Notes: generated by a model not told the origin, from the letters alone. A DNA stretch of 64,000 nt from Candidatus Latescibacterota bacterium (GCA_965204375.1 OZ241986.1:1024001-1088000), one strand, 5' to 3'. Positions 37,198-48,757 are shown, counted from the stretch's first letter. Translations and numbers: made by a program.

Positions 37198-39071
37198 ACG
37201 GGAATACCGCGTTTTTTCAGCATGATCATAAGTAGAGAAATATCAGCAGGCGAAATGCCTGGAATACGAGAGGCCTGTCCCAGTGATCGGGGTCTGATGC
37301 GGGTGAATTTTTCAATAGCTTCATTTCGCAAAGCCGCAATATTGGCATAGTCAAAGTTTTCGGGGATATATTTTTTTTCCAAATTGTAAAAGCGCTGCAC
37401 CTGCTCTTCTTGCCGGTCGAGATATCCCTCGTATTTGAGTTCGATTTCGACCGATTCACATACATCCTCGGGCAGGGTTTCAGAAGCAGGTGACAATTGT
37501 GTGACGATGTCGTAAGACAATTCTGGTCGTCGCAAAAGTTCGGCGAGTGTCACCGCGCGTTTCAACGGAGAAGAATGCGATGCTTTGAGCGCTGTTTGAA
37601 CATTGTCGGTTGGGGTGAGGCGCGTTGATCGCAACCGTCCGACTTCTTCGTCAATTTGTCGTTTGCGTTTGCAAAAGCGGTTGTACGCCTCGCCGGAAAG
37701 CAGTCCAATTTTGCGTCCGAGTTCACACAGGCGCAAATCCGCGTTGTCCTGTCGCAAGAGCAGGCGATATTCGGCCAGCGAGGTAAACATGCGATAGGGT
37801 TCTTCGGTGCCTTTGGTAACGAGGTCGTCAATTAGAACGCCGATATAAGCCTGCGAGCGATCCAGGATTATGGGATCGTCGCCCCGGGCTGTTAAGGCGG
37901 CGTTTATGCCCGCCATAATCCCCTGTCCAGCGGCTTCCTCGTATCCGGTGGTGCCGTTGATTTGCCCCGCAAAAAATAAACCGGCGATGGGTTTGGTTTC
38001 CAGGGTAGGATGGATTTGTGTCGGGGGGACATAGTCGTATTCGACAGCATAGGCCGGGCGCATGATCTCGGCCCGTTCGAGACCGGGAATGCTGCGTACA
38101 ACTTCGACCTGCACATCTTCGGGCAGGCTCATCGACAGTCCATTGAGATAGACTTCAAGGGTGTGATACCCTTCGGGCTCGAGAAAAATTTGATGCCCTT
38201 CCTTGTCGGGAAAGCGCACAATTTTGTCTTCTACCGAGGGGCAATACCGCGGCCCCACACCCTGGATGCGTCCGCTGTACATGGCCGAGCGATCCAGATT
38301 GCTGCGAATAATATCGTGCGTTTTTGGCACAGTCATTGTGAGATGACAGCAGAGTTGCTCTTGCTCGATGGCGTCGGTGTGGTAGGAAAAGGGCCGGGGG
38401 TCTGCATCACCGGGTTGCTCTTCACACGCGCCAAAGTCGATGCTGCGCGCATTGACGCGCGGTGGGGTGCCGGTTTTGAGCCGCCCGAGTTCAAAACCGA
38501 GTTGCGAGAGACCATCGGATGCTTTGTCGGCGGCTTGCTCACCTGCGCGCCCCGCGCTGTAGGAGAAATCGCCCACATGGATGAGGCCCTTGAGGAAGGT
38601 GCCTGTGGTCAGGATCACAGTTTTAGCAGCAAAAACCATTTTGGCTTTGGTGACCACGCCTTCAATGCATCTGTTTTTGACCACGAGGTCTTCGAGCAAG
38701 CCCTGTTTGACATCGAGGTATGGCTGGTTTTCGACTACTTCTTTCATGCGAAACTGGTATGCTTTTTTGTCCGCCTGTGCCCGGGGGGCCTGTACAGCGG
38801 GTCCTCTGCGCCGATTGAGCAGGCGAAATTGCAGGCCCGTGTCGTCAATATTGCGCGCCATTTCACCGCCCAGAGCGTCAATTTCACGCACCATGTGGCC
38901 TTTTGCTATGCCGCCAATGGCCGGGTTGCAAGACATCTGCGCGATGGTGTCGAGGTTCATAGTCAGCAGCAGTGTTTCACATCCCATGCGTGCAGAGGCC
39001 AGTGCAGCTTCTGCACCTGCATGCCCCCCGCCAACAACAATAACATCATACTTTTTTTCGTAGATCGACAT
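37194..39071 (-). CDS. mnmG: tRNA uridine 5-carboxymethylaminomethyl modification enzyme
   Basis: GGGHAG, MSCNPAIGG, GPRYCPS and AGQINGTTGYEEAA motifs. Confidence 0.97.
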   Translation of the reverse strand: MSIYEKKYDVIVVGGGHAGAEAALASARMGCETLLLTMNLDTIAQMSCNPAIGGIAKGHMVREIDALGGEMARNIDDTGLQFRLLNRRRGPAVQAPRAQADKKAYQFRMKEVVENQPYLDVKQGLLEDLVVKNRCIEGVVTKAKMVFAAKTVILTTGTFLKGLIHVGDFSYSAGRAGEQAADKASDGLSQLGFELGRLKTGTPPRVNARSIDFGACEEQPGDADPRPFSYHTDAIEQEQLCCHLTMTVPKTHDIIRSNLDRSAMYSGRIQGVGPRYCPSVEDKIVRFPDKEGHQIFLEPEGYHTLEVYLNGLSMSLPEDVQVEVVRSIPGLERAEIMRPAYAVEYDYVPPTQIHPTLETKPIAGLFFAGQINGTTGYEEAAGQGIMAGINAALTARGDDPIILDRSQAYIGVLIDDLVTKGTEEPYRMFTSLAEYRLLLRQDNADLRLCELGRKIGLLSGEAYNRFCKRKRQIDEEVGRLRSTRLTPTDNVQTALKASHSSPLKRAVTLAELLRRPELSYDIVTQLSPASETLPEDVCESVEIELKYEGYLDRQEEQVQRFYNLEKKYIPENFDYANIAALRNEAIEKFTRIRPRSLGQASRIPGISPADISLLMIMLKKRGIPV

Positions 39072-39079
39072 ATTCGTTT

Positions 39080-40108
39080 TTACTGCTGGGCGTGTACTGG
39101 TGTGCCAATTGCCAGAAGCTGATCGCTTTTCGATTCGCTTTGAATCGTTTCAACTTCAAATCCCAGATCGGCAATCATCTGGTGCGTATTTTCCACATCC
39201 AGACCACCGGTGGTCAAATATCCTTCCATGAAGAGCGAGTTGGCCGGATAAAGTGATAGGGGTTGGAGAGAGCGGAGGTTTTTTTCTCGCCCACCTGCCA
39301 CGCGAATTTCGGTTGATGGATTGACAAATCGGAACAGACACAATGCGCGCAAGCAATCGTGAGGGGCTAAGGAATTTTGATTTGACAGGGGCGTGCCTGC
39401 GATGGGGTGCAGGAAATTGACGGGGATGGAGTCGATGCTGAGGTCGCGCAACGACACGGCCATATCAATTATATCATCGTGGGTTTCTCCCATGCCGATA
39501 ATGCCGCCGCTGCACGTGTCCAGGCCCGCTTTTTGGATGTTGTACAGGGTTTTTAGGCGGTCTTCGTAGGTATGCGTAGATACAATATGCGGCGTGTGCG
39601 CTTTGCTGGTGTTGAGGTTGTGGTTTACGCGATCGACGCCAGCGTTTTTTAAGCGCTGTGCTTTTTCGCCAGTTAGCAAGCCCAAACAACAACAGATGTC
39701 GATATCTACTTCCCGTTTGATCTGACGCACGACATCTGTAATGGCATCAACTTCATTGTCGGTGGGTGCGCGTCCGCTCGTGACAATGCAGTATCGATAC
39801 GCACCGTTTTCTTTGGCTTCGCGGGCTGCATCTATCATTTCGCGGGCTGGTCGCAGGGGATATTTATCAATAGGTGCGTTTGAGACAGCCGATTGTGAAC
39901 AATAGGCACAATCTTCGGGACACAAGCCACTTTTGGCATTCATCAGCACATGGATGTGTACTTTGGATCCAAAATAATGATGGCGCACCTGGTATGCCGC
40001 GTGTAAAAGTGGTAAAATATCGCGGTCAGGCGTTTGAAGGACAGCGTGCATTTCAGCGGTTGACAAGCCGTTACTGAAGAGAGCTTTTTGGGCATAAAAG
40101 GTGTACAT
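39080..40108 (-). CDS. bioB: Biotin synthase
   Basis: CPEDCAYCSQS radical-SAM motif, NHNLNT, CSGGIIGMGE and RVAGGRE. Confidence 0.95.
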   Translation of the reverse strand: MYTFYAQKALFSNGLSTAEMHAVLQTPDRDILPLLHAAYQVRHHYFGSKVHIHVLMNAKSGLCPEDCAYCSQSAVSNAPIDKYPLRPAREMIDAAREAKENGAYRYCIVTSGRAPTDNEVDAITDVVRQIKREVDIDICCCLGLLTGEKAQRLKNAGVDRVNHNLNTSKAHTPHIVSTHTYEDRLKTLYNIQKAGLDTCSGGIIGMGETHDDIIDMAVSLRDLSIDSIPVNFLHPIAGTPLSNQNSLAPHDCLRALCLFRFVNPSTEIRVAGGREKNLRSLQPLSLYPANSLFMEGYLTTGGLDVENTHQMIADLGFEVETIQSESKSDQLLAIGTPVHAQQ

Positions 40109-40450
40109 AGTATGTCCTGAATATCTGTACTTTATGAATGTAACAGATTGTTAAACATCAGTGTTATGAATAAAATTGCTTCTTGCGACGAATTGGAAAT
40201 ATATCCATTTCACGCTTATGAGACAAGGTAAATCACATCGGGAATCGTCGAAATTATTGGCTGATTTTGCAGTGGATTTTTTGGTGAGATTTTTTACATT
40301 TGAGAACGATTTTGTCGCGCGTTGATCTATTCTTGTGTAATTGCGGGGGAAGACGGTGCAATAGAAATGGGATAAGATCTCTGTTTATCGTTGACAACTT
40401 CGGACCTTTTTTCTATTATGCCCGATCTTTTTCAGGGGTAAATTACTTCT

Positions 40451-41203
40451 ATGTTGGAAATAAAAAAACTTCAAAAAATCTGTGATCAAAATCCGACATC
40501 CATTTTATTTGCACGTCTGGCAGATGGGTTGTTGCAGCGTGGAGAGGTCACACGCGCAATTGAGGTGTGTCTCCGCGGATTGCGCTATCGCCCGTCTTAT
40601 ACGGCGGGCTATGTGGTGATGGGCAAGTGCTATCAGGCTGCCGGGCATTATGAAGAAGCGCGTCTGGCGTTTCAAAAAGTATTGCAATTAGATGCTGGTC
40701 ATCTTGCCGCACATTGGTATATGGGCAAAATCGCTTTGCAATTGGGCCGCGATGACCTCGCGCTCAAATATTTTGAACAGGCTCATGCACGCGATCCATT
40801 TAGTCCCGAACTTATAGAGCAGATTCGCAAACTCAAGGGCGAGGAGCTTGAAGAGGAGCAAGATAACGGTCCTGAGCCTGCAGACGCGAATACCGATTCT
40901 GGAGATCAGGAAGTCGTATCTGAGAGCGAGGCATTTGATCAGGCCCTCTTAGAGGAAGAAGTCGAGGATGATTTAGATACGCTGGTTACGTCGCTTAAAC
41001 GCGAGCCAAAATCCGGGAGGGAGGCCCCTGTTATTGCAACGAAAACGCTGGCTGAGCTGTACGCGAGTCAGGGCCTTATTCAGGAGGCCATCGCAGTTTT
41101 GGAACAGGTGATTGCACGCGAACCCGATAATGAGCATATTATTGCCCGCCTATATGAGTTGCGGAATTTATCAGAGGAATCGGGGCATGAATCAGGAGTA
41201 TGA
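40451..41203 (+). CDS. Tetratricopeptide repeat protein
   Basis: N-terminal TPRs, acidic linker and C-terminal TKTLAELYASQG. Confidence 0.85.
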   Translation: MLEIKKLQKICDQNPTSILFARLADGLLQRGEVTRAIEVCLRGLRYRPSYTAGYVVMGKCYQAAGHYEEARLAFQKVLQLDAGHLAAHWYMGKIALQLGRDDLALKYFEQAHARDPFSPELIEQIRKLKGEELEEEQDNGPEPADANTDSGDQEVVSESEAFDQALLEEEVEDDLDTLVTSLKREPKSGREAPVIATKTLAELYASQGLIQEAIAVLEQVIAREPDNEHIIARLYELRNLSEESGHESGV

Positions 41204-41924
41204 TGGAATTGCGGAAGCCTATAGGGATTCCAAGCAACTTTCATTTCGAAAATATATTGAAGAATATACTTTTTTTGAGATATTGGGAGATATCCGAGGA
41301 GCAACGGTCTTAGACCTGGCTTGCGGTGAGGGGTTTTACACGCGCAAGATCAAGCGTGCCGGGGCGGCAGAAGTCACAGGCGTCGATCTTTCCGCAGAAA
41401 TGATTAAATTGGCAGAGGAAGAAGAACGCATCCGGCCTTTGGGATGCAAGTACCTGAATCGAGATGTGGCACGGCTCGATATGGCTGAATCTGTCGATGT
41501 CGTGGTGGCGATGTATCTTTTAAATTATGCCAGGACAAAAGAGGAACTTCTCAATTTTGTCCAAGTGGCTTATAATAGACTGCGACTGGGGGGGCGATTT
41601 ATCGGATTTAATGATAATGTCCAGCATGTTCCCAGAGGAACTATTTCCTTCGCCCAATACGGATTTGACAAAGTGTGTACCCCTGCTCCTGAAGAGGGCG
41701 ATGTCATTTTGTATCAAATGATCAATGAAGATGGCACGCAGTTTGAGTTTAAGAATTATTTTCTCAAACCAGAAACGTATCAATGGGCTTTTCAGAAAGC
41801 TGGTTTTTCCGATTTTCAATGGGTCGGTCCCTTTATACACCCGTCCCAGCAGCACAATCCATTTTGGGATGCTTTTATGTCTCGTCCCCCACTTATTGGC
41901 TTTAGCGCGTCAAAGCAAGGATAA
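41187..41924 (+). CDS. Class I SAM-dependent methyltransferase
   Basis: VLDLACGEG, GVDLSAEM and YLLNYA motifs. Confidence 0.9.
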   Translation: MNQEYDGIAEAYRDSKQLSFRKYIEEYTFFEILGDIRGATVLDLACGEGFYTRKIKRAGAAEVTGVDLSAEMIKLAEEEERIRPLGCKYLNRDVARLDMAESVDVVVAMYLLNYARTKEELLNFVQVAYNRLRLGGRFIGFNDNVQHVPRGTISFAQYGFDKVCTPAPEEGDVILYQMINEDGTQFEFKNYFLKPETYQWAFQKAGFSDFQWVGPFIHPSQQHNPFWDAFMSRPPLIGFSASKQG

Positions 41925-41928
41925 TTTT

Positions 41929-42486
41929 ATGGTTTCTACTTCTGACTTTCGCAATGGTATGGTTATTCGCCTGGATGGGCAACTTTTTTTTATGACTGAG
42001 TTTGAGCATTTTAAACCCGGCAAAGGTGCTGCGGTCGTGCGCACCAAGCTCAAGAGTGTGAAGTCGGGTGCTGTGATTGACCGCACATTCCGGTCGGGCG
42101 ACAAAGTAGATGATGTTCGTCTGGAAAAACGCAAGAGCCAATACTTATATAAACAAGACACATTTTACATTTTTATGGATACCCGCACCTACGACCAATA
42201 CGAAGTATCTACGGAGATTGTGGGCGATGCACAAAAGCTGTTGCAGGAAAATGAGATTGTCGATGTACTGATTGCCGAGGGAAATGCCATGGGTGTGGAA
42301 CTGCCCATTTTTGTAGAATTAAAAGTCGATCAAACCGATCCCGGTTTGCGCGGCGATACAGCCACTGGCGGGACAAAGCCCGCGCGTGTGGAAACCGGGG
42401 CGACAGTACAGGTTCCGCTATTTGTCGAGATTGGCGATGTGTTGAAGATTGATACGCGCACCCAATCTTATGTCGAACGGGTTTAG
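41929..42486 (+). CDS. efp: Elongation factor P
   Basis: KPGKG, PGLRGDT and VQVPLFV motifs. Confidence 0.97.
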   Translation: MVSTSDFRNGMVIRLDGQLFFMTEFEHFKPGKGAAVVRTKLKSVKSGAVIDRTFRSGDKVDDVRLEKRKSQYLYKQDTFYIFMDTRTYDQYEVSTEIVGDAQKLLQENEIVDVLIAEGNAMGVELPIFVELKVDQTDPGLRGDTATGGTKPARVETGATVQVPLFVEIGDVLKIDTRTQSYVERV

Positions 42487-42495
42487 GAGATCATT

Positions 42496-42981
42496 GTGAA
42501 AATTTCCAAGCAGGTAATAGCGAGTGCAAAAGAACTCATCGATCTGATTGGCGCCGATGATGTGCAGGAAGTTGAGGTTGAACGCAAGCTCTTTGGACGC
42601 GGGCGCATTCGCATTGTGCGCGCCAGCCAGCAAGCCCCCATTGTGCAAACACTATCTGCGCCACCGGCGTCAGGATCTGCACCTGTCGATGCACCTGAGA
42701 CCCAGGTTGAAGATGCTGTAAGTGAAGACGATGGCCGCTATCACACTTTGCGCTCGCCTATGGTGGGTATGTTTTACCAATCGCCAAACCCCGAAGCACC
42801 GCCTTATGCAACAGAAGGCGATGAGGTGGCGAGAGGACAGACCCTGTGTATTATTGAAGCCATGAAAATTATGAATGAAATCGAGTGTGATGTGAATGGT
42901 CGGGTGGTGCGCGTACTGGTTGAAAATGCCGCGCCCGTCGAATACAATACCCCCTTGTTTTTAATTGATCCACAAAAGTAG
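42496..42981 (+). CDS. accB: Acetyl-CoA carboxylase biotin carboxyl carrier protein
   Basis: SPMVG and EAMKIMNEI biotinylation motif. Confidence 0.95.
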   Translation: MKISKQVIASAKELIDLIGADDVQEVEVERKLFGRGRIRIVRASQQAPIVQTLSAPPASGSAPVDAPETQVEDAVSEDDGRYHTLRSPMVGMFYQSPNPEAPPYATEGDEVARGQTLCIIEAMKIMNEIECDVNGRVVRVLVENAAPVEYNTPLFLIDPQK

Positions 42982-43074
42982 CCCCTCGGGGATGTCCATT
43001 CGCTTGTTGTCGTTTGCCCTCCCCCTTGCGAATGAGCAGGCCCTATTGACCTTTCCTTTTTTGAGATCATACCC

Positions 43075-44418
43075 TTGTTTGAGAAAGTTCTCATTGCCGA
43101 CCGCGGCGAGATTGCGCTGCGTATTATCCGAGCCTGTAAAGAGTTGGGGCTGCAAACTGTAGCCGTTTACTCTGAAGCGGACAGCAATTCACTGCACGTT
43201 GGTATGGCCGATGAAGATGTTTGTATTGGCCCACCCTCTGGCGAGCAAAGTTATCGAAATATTCCGCGCATTTTAAGTGCTGCCGAAGTGACCAATGCCG
43301 ATGCGATTCATCCGGGATATGGTCCGCTGGCCGAGAATGCCGAGTTTGCCGAAATTTGCGGCACTTGTGGCATTGTTTTTATTGGTCCATCTGCCGAAGC
43401 GATACGCAAAATGGGCGATAAGGCCATCGCACGAGAGACCATGCAAGGGGCCGGTGTGCCCGTTGCGCCGGGTACGGGGGTTTTGGAGAGCTATGAGGCG
43501 GCCCAACAAGCTGCGCGTAGCATTGGATACCCCGTGCGCCTCAAGGCGGTAGCAGGCGGGGGTGGACGGGGAATGCGCACTGTGTTTTCAGAGCGCGAGT
43601 TGGAACGCGCGTGGCAAATGGCACAGGCCGAGGCACGGGCGGCGTTTACGTCTGGTGCGCTTTATTTGGAGAAAGAGATTGTGCAGCCCCGGCATGTGGA
43701 GATTCAAGTGTTGGGAGATTTGACAGGGCGTATTGTGCATTTGGGGGAACGAGAGTGTTCGGTCCAGCGTCGGCATCAAAAGCTCATTGAAGAGTCGCCT
43801 TCACCCGTAGTTGATGACGCCATGCGCCAGCGCATGGGAGAGGCAGCTATTAAAGGTGCGCTCGCTGTTGGATATGCCAGTGCTGGTACAGTTGAGTTTT
43901 TGCTCGACGCTTCCGGTGACTTTTATTTTTTAGAAATGAACACGCGCATTCAGGTTGAGCACCCGGTTACAGAGATGGTGGCAAGACTCGATCTGGTCAA
44001 ATGGCAGATTCTCATCGCAGCCGGTACATCCCTTCCACAATCTCAAGATCTATTTGATTTCCAGGGGCATGCTATTGAGTGTCGGATCAATGCCGAAGAT
44101 CCCGAGCACAATTTCAGGCCCTCGCCCGGCACAATTACGTCCCTTCACATGCCGGGTGGTCCGGGCATTCGCATTGATTCACACGTATATACGGGATATA
44201 CGGTTCCCCCGCAGTACGATTCCCTTTTGGCCAAGCTCATCGGATATGGCGACACGCGCGACGAGGCAATTGCACGGGCAGTGCGCGCGCTTGAAGAGTT
44301 TGTAATCGAAGGTGTGCCAACGACCATTCCCTTTCACCTCCATGCCTTGCAGCACGAGGATTTTAGAACGGGACGAGCAACAACAGAATTTGTGAGCAAG
44401 TTGGGCTATGGGGGGTGA
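43075..44418 (+). CDS. accC: Biotin carboxylase
   Basis: [24 protein letters not shown] and [10 protein letters not shown] motifs. Confidence 0.95.
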   Translation: MFEKVLIADRGEIALRIIRACKELGLQTVAVYSEADSNSLHVGMADEDVCIGPPSGEQSYRNIPRILSAAEVTNADAIHPGYGPLAENAEFAEICGTCGIVFIGPSAEAIRKMGDKAIARETMQGAGVPVAPGTGVLESYEAAQQAARSIGYPVRLKAVAGGGGRGMRTVFSERELERAWQMAQAEARAAFTSGALYLEKEIVQPRHVEIQVLGDLTGRIVHLGERECSVQRRHQKLIEESPSPVVDDAMRQRMGEAAIKGALAVGYASAGTVEFLLDASGDFYFLEMNTRIQVEHPVTEMVARLDLVKWQILIAAGTSLPQSQDLFDFQGHAIECRINAEDPEHNFRPSPGTITSLHMPGGPGIRIDSHVYTGYTVPPQYDSLLAKLIGYGDTRDEAIARAVRALEEFVIEGVPTTIPFHLHALQHEDFRTGRATTEFVSKLGYGG

Positions 44419-44461
44419 ATCCCATTTCTCACTCATAAATAAGGGTGCAAAGGAGTAGAAG

Positions 44462-44845
44462 ATGTCAGATATTCCAGAAGATTTACTTTTTAACAGCGAT
44501 CACGACTGGGTTCGGATTGAGGGTGATACCGGTACATGTGGGATTACGGATTACGCGCAGGGGGAACTGGGCGATATTGTGTTTTTAGAATTGCCAGAGA
44601 TTGGCGATTTTGTTACTCAAGGGGAATCCTATGGCATAATTGAGGCGGTCAAGACAGTGTCCGATCTCATTGCACCGGTTTCGGGTGAGGTGGTTGATGT
44701 CAATACTCAGTTGACAGATGATGCTGCTCTGGTTAATGACGAGCCCTATGAAGAGGGATGGATGATTCAAGTGCGCCTTTCAGATCCTTCAGAAACAGAG
44801 GCCTTGATGGATGCGCACGCCTATGCGGGTCTGGTTGATGAATAG
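44462..44845 (+). CDS. gcvH: Glycine cleavage system H protein
   Basis: GITDYAQGELGDIVF, EAVKTV (lipoyl Lys) and PYEEGW. Confidence 0.95.
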   Translation: MSDIPEDLLFNSDHDWVRIEGDTGTCGITDYAQGELGDIVFLELPEIGDFVTQGESYGIIEAVKTVSDLIAPVSGEVVDVNTQLTDDAALVNDEPYEEGWMIQVRLSDPSETEALMDAHAYAGLVDE

Positions 44846-44964
44846 ATAGAGCGAAATGAGAGTGAATAAGTCTTGACACCTTGTAGTCAATGCGATATAT
44901 CATGAGGATTTATGGTAGAGAGTGGATGGGAGGAGGCTAATCGCTATTTTTGAGGTGCTTTATC

Positions 44965-45492
44965 ATGCCCGTGACGATGCCCACGGTACTCAATCAGTCT
45001 GTGCTGGTGCTCAATCAGAGTTACGAACCTCTGCATGTGTGTTCTGTACGCAGGGCTATTGTGCTGGTTTTTCGAGGCCGCGCCGAAGTTGTTGAGGCGT
45101 GCGATTCTCGTATTCATACGGTGAGCGATTCATTCCCCGTGCCGAGCGTGGTACGTCTGGCCGTATATGTGCGCGTACCTCCCAAACCGCTCGCTTTGAC
45201 CAAGCGCAATATCTTAAAACGCGATGGATTCCAGTGTCAGTATTGTGGCATTCGCCGCGGTCCATTTACCATTGATCACGTGGTGCCGCGATCTCACAAC
45301 GGGCGCAATTCATGGGACAATCTGGTGTGCGCCTGCCATCGGTGCAACAACCGCAAGGGCGACAATACGCCTGCTGAAGTCGGTTTATCATTATTGCGCA
45401 AGCCTCAGTCACCGAATCGGGTGACCTTTATTCGACATCATATTGGGGTGCCAGACCGTCGCTGGCGTCCCTATCTTTTTATGGATGATTAA
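44965..45492 (+). CDS. HNH endonuclease (McrA-like)
   Basis: VLVLNQSYEP, RDGFQCQYCG, TIDHVVP and CHRCNNRKG; exact start uncertain. Confidence 0.9.
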   Translation: MPVTMPTVLNQSVLVLNQSYEPLHVCSVRRAIVLVFRGRAEVVEACDSRIHTVSDSFPVPSVVRLAVYVRVPPKPLALTKRNILKRDGFQCQYCGIRRGPFTIDHVVPRSHNGRNSWDNLVCACHRCNNRKGDNTPAEVGLSLLRKPQSPNRVTFIRHHIGVPDRRWRPYLFMDD

Positions 45493-45504
45493 AAGCTGGG
45501 ACTG

Positions 45505-46572
45505 ATGGAAAAAAAGCGAATTTTGACAGGTGATCGGCCCACGGGGCGTTTGCATCTCGGGCACTATGTCGGGTCTTTGAAAAACCGCGTGGCCCTGCAA
45601 GATGATTACGAGAGCTATTTTTTAGTGGCCGACCTGCACATGTTGACCACGCAGCCCCAAAAAGAATACATCGATGCACTGCGTGAAAATATCTATGAGA
45701 TGGTATTGGATTATTTGGCCGTGGGTATAGATCCCCAAAAATCGACCATCTATTTGCAATCGGCCATCCACGCTGTGTACGAGATGAATCTGTTTTTTGA
45801 GATGCTCGTGACATTGCCTCGCGTGGCGCGGTTGCCCAGTGTGAAAGATATGGCACGCGCGGCGAATATGACAGATGAAGCTATTCCATTTGGTCTGATT
45901 GGGTATCCCGTGCTTCAAAGTGCCGATATTTTGATGCCGCGCGCACATGTTGTGCCGGTGGGGAAAGACAATGAGGCGCACGTTGAAGTGACGCGGGAAA
46001 TTGCGCGTCGGTTCAACGCTTATTACGGCGATGTATTTCCCATTCCCGAACTCCTCATGGGCGATGTGCCTACCCTGGTGGGGACCGATGGACAGGCCAA
46101 GATGAGCAAAAGTCTCGACAATGCGATTTTTTTATCTGATGATGAAAAGACAGTAGAAAAAAAAGTGCGCGGTATGTACACAGACCCCAATCGCATTCGC
46201 GCAGATATCCCGGGAACTGTAGAAGGCAATCCCGTATTTATGTATCACGATGCATTTAATCCCAATGTCGCTGAGGTTGATGATCTCAAAACCCGCTATC
46301 GCCAGGGCCGCGTGGGCGATGTCGAAGTGAAAGATAAATTGGCACGCGCGCTCAATGTGTTTCTCGCACCTATCCGCCAGCGCCGAGCACATTTTGCGGC
46401 GCAGTCGGGTTATGTCGAGCAAGTGATTTACGAAGGCACGCTCAAAACCCAAGCACTTGCAAACGAAACGCTTTTGGCTATGAAAAAGGCGATGGGTTTT
46501 ACTGGCGTATGGAATCGGATTTCTCGCAAAGCGCGAGATAGAATGAAAAAACAAGAGAAGGAGGCGCGATGA
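45505..46572 (+). CDS. trpS: Tryptophanyl-tRNA synthetase
   Basis: [13 protein letters not shown] (HIGH) and KMSKS. Confidence 0.95.
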   Translation: MEKKRILTGDRPTGRLHLGHYVGSLKNRVALQDDYESYFLVADLHMLTTQPQKEYIDALRENIYEMVLDYLAVGIDPQKSTIYLQSAIHAVYEMNLFFEMLVTLPRVARLPSVKDMARAANMTDEAIPFGLIGYPVLQSADILMPRAHVVPVGKDNEAHVEVTREIARRFNAYYGDVFPIPELLMGDVPTLVGTDGQAKMSKSLDNAIFLSDDEKTVEKKVRGMYTDPNRIRADIPGTVEGNPVFMYHDAFNPNVAEVDDLKTRYRQGRVGDVEVKDKLARALNVFLAPIRQRRAHFAAQSGYVEQVIYEGTLKTQALANETLLAMKKAMGFTGVWNRISRKARDRMKKQEKEAR

Positions 46573-47372
46573 TTGCATCCAATTTGACAGCTCAGTTTGA
46601 TCCGGATGCTGCGCCTTATGGTGTGAAGCTCGATTTGTTTGAAGGCCCGCTGGATCTGTTGCTCTTTCTCATTCAAAAAAACGAGATCGATATCTACGAT
46701 ATTCCCATCGCTGCTATTACGCGGCAATTTTTAGAATACGTCGAGATCATCCAGCGATTAAACTTAGAGGTTGCTGGCGATTTTGTCGTGATGGCCGCCA
46801 CATTGATGCGTATCAAATCGCGTATGTTGTTGCCCTCTGACCCAGAAGCCGAGGAGGAAGAAGGAGATCCTCGCGAAGAATTGGTGCGCCGCTTGCTGGA
46901 ATACCAGCAGTTCAGAGAAGTAGCCGCGTGGATGGACGATCAGCAAACGGAATACCGCGATGTTTTTTATCGGGGTACTTCGATGGATCTGGAAGATATT
47001 CGGAAGCAACACGCGGCCGAAGCCGGGGAATTTCGTCCCGTGAGCCTGTTCGAATTGCTCCGCGCCTTTAAGCAAGCGATGGATGCGGCGCCAAAAGCCG
47101 ATTTTCACGAGGTGACGCGAGTCGATGTGACCACAGAGGAGCGCGCCGAATACGTGCTCGATGTACTCGAACGACGGCATCAAGTTCCATTTAGCGACCT
47201 GATTGCCAGTGCATATCGCATTGTCGTTGTTGTGACGTTTATCGCGTTGCTGGAATTGATGAAAGAAGGAAAAGTCCGCGTCCAACAGGCCGATACCGAT
47301 GGAGAACTCTGGGTTTATCGCCGCGATGCTTTAGAAACGGCGTCTTTCGAGGAGGACATAAACGATGTCTGA
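46569..47372 (+). CDS. scpA: Segregation and condensation protein A
   Basis: [16 protein letters not shown] and FIALLEL motifs. Confidence 0.95.
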   Translation: MIASNLTAQFDPDAAPYGVKLDLFEGPLDLLLFLIQKNEIDIYDIPIAAITRQFLEYVEIIQRLNLEVAGDFVVMAATLMRIKSRMLLPSDPEAEEEEGDPREELVRRLLEYQQFREVAAWMDDQQTEYRDVFYRGTSMDLEDIRKQHAAEAGEFRPVSLFELLRAFKQAMDAAPKADFHEVTRVDVTTEERAEYVLDVLERRHQVPFSDLIASAYRIVVVVTFIALLELMKEGKVRVQQADTDGELWVYRRDALETASFEEDINDV

Positions 47373-48111
47373 GAGAGATGACGCACGCGTCGCCAATCTG
47401 GCTACCGATGAAGATGCACGCAACAAAGGCGTGGTTGAAGCGTTGTTGATTGCAGCCGATGATCCTCTGGGAGCATCGCGTCTGTCATCGGTTTTGGGAC
47501 GGGATACTGGCGCAAAAGAAATTCGCGCTTATGTCAATGATCTCAATGAAGAATACGCACAGACGGGTCGCAGTTTCAGGGTTGTCGAAGTCGCGGGGGG
47601 CTTTCAGTTGGCTGTACACAGCGAATTTGCGCCATGGATTCGGCAACTGATGCGCGAGAGAGTCGCGCCCCGGCTTTCTCAAGCTTCTCTGGAAACGCTC
47701 GCTATCCTGGCTTTTAAACAGCCGGTTACCAAAGCCGAAGTCGAGCATATTCGCGGTGTGTCTGTCGATGGCGTTTTGCGGCAATTGATGGAAAAGGGCC
47801 TGATCCGCATTTCCGGGCGGTCAGACGCGCCCGGGCGGCCTCTGTTATACGGAACGACACGCGATTTTTTGAAGCATTTTGGCCTTAAGACCCTGTCTGA
47901 TCTGCCCCGGATTCGCGAGTTGGAAGAGTTGCTCCGAGAAGAAGAACAACGGGTGGCCGAAGGCAAAGACAGCCCGTTATCGGGTGTAATCAATACCGAT
48001 GGGGAAAGCGAACAGGATACCCATGACAGAGCGCCTGAACCGGTTTCTGGCCCGCGCGGGGGTAGCTTCGCGGCGGGCGAGCGATCGGTTGATCCAAACG
48101 GGCAGCGTTAA
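47365..48111 (+). CDS. scpB: Segregation and condensation protein B
   Basis: LETLAILAFKQPVT, IRGV and PGRPLLYGTT motifs. Confidence 0.95.
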   Translation: MSERDDARVANLATDEDARNKGVVEALLIAADDPLGASRLSSVLGRDTGAKEIRAYVNDLNEEYAQTGRSFRVVEVAGGFQLAVHSEFAPWIRQLMRERVAPRLSQASLETLAILAFKQPVTKAEVEHIRGVSVDGVLRQLMEKGLIRISGRSDAPGRPLLYGTTRDFLKHFGLKTLSDLPRIRELEELLREEEQRVAEGKDSPLSGVINTDGESEQDTHDRAPEPVSGPRGGSFAAGERSVDPNGQR

Positions 48112-48757
48112 AATAAATGGCGCTGTTGTGACACATCCGGGCACGCGATTAAATCCGCATAGCGATCGCGTATGTGTCAATGGGCGGGTGATCCTATCGG
48201 TTGATCGACAAACTTATATTTTATTGCACAAACCCCCGGGATATCTGGTATCGGCGCGCGATCCGCATCATGCCCAAACAATTTACAAATTGTTGCGCGG
48301 CATTGATGCTCGGGTTTTTCCCGCCGGACGGCTCGATCTGGATACGCGAGGGGTTTTGTTGTTGATGGATGACGGCGATCTGGCATTTCGATTGACTCAT
48401 CCGCGATATGGCGTCAAAAAAGTCTATCGCGCATGGGTGCGCGGGCATCCCAGCGAGGCGGTATTGACAGCACTGCGAGAGGGCATAAAGCTCAGCGATG
48501 GTATTTCCGCTCCTGCACATATTCGCGTGATGCGCGCAAGAGGTGGGGATACAGAATTGGAATTGATACTTCACGAGGGACGAAAAAGGCAAGTGAAGCG
48601 GATGTGCGAGGCGGCAGGACATCGGGTGCTGTCTTTGACGCGCACGCATTTTGCCGGTCTCACAACGCGACACCTCGAGCCAGGCCAATGGCGGCATCTG
48701 ACACAAGCAGAAGTAAAAAGGCTTCGAGAACTGGTCGGGCTGAACGATGAACAATGA
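48023..48757 (+). CDS. rluB: rRNA pseudouridine synthase (RsuA/RluB family)
   Basis: S4 domain RLNRFLARAGVASRR; GRLD; EGRKRQVKRM; synteny with scpAB-cmk. Confidence 0.85.
   Translation: MTERLNRFLARAGVASRRASDRLIQTGSVKINGAVVTHPGTRLNPHSDRVCVNGRVILSVDRQTYILLHKPPGYLVSARDPHHAQTIYKLLRGIDARVFPAGRLDLDTRGVLLLMDDGDLAFRLTHPRYGVKKVYRAWVRGHPSEAVLTALREGIKLSDGISAPAHIRVMRARGGDTELELILHEGRKRQVKRMCEAAGHRVLSLTRTHFAGLTTRHLEPGQWRHLTQAEVKRLRELVGLNDEQ

Noticed and set aside
38010-39122. 370-aa plus-strand ORF
   Set aside because: Antisense shadow of mnmG with no recognisable motifs.
40135-40170. BirA operator upstream of bioB
   Set aside because: TGTAAC..GTTAAACA is only weakly palindromic and does not fit the TGTNAACC-N14-16-GGTTNACA spacing.
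44965-45492. HNH nuclease as a defence or mobile element
   Set aside because: It belongs to the widespread stand-alone VLVLN-type HNH family, sits in a core gene run and has no methyltransferase, repeats or IS ends nearby.
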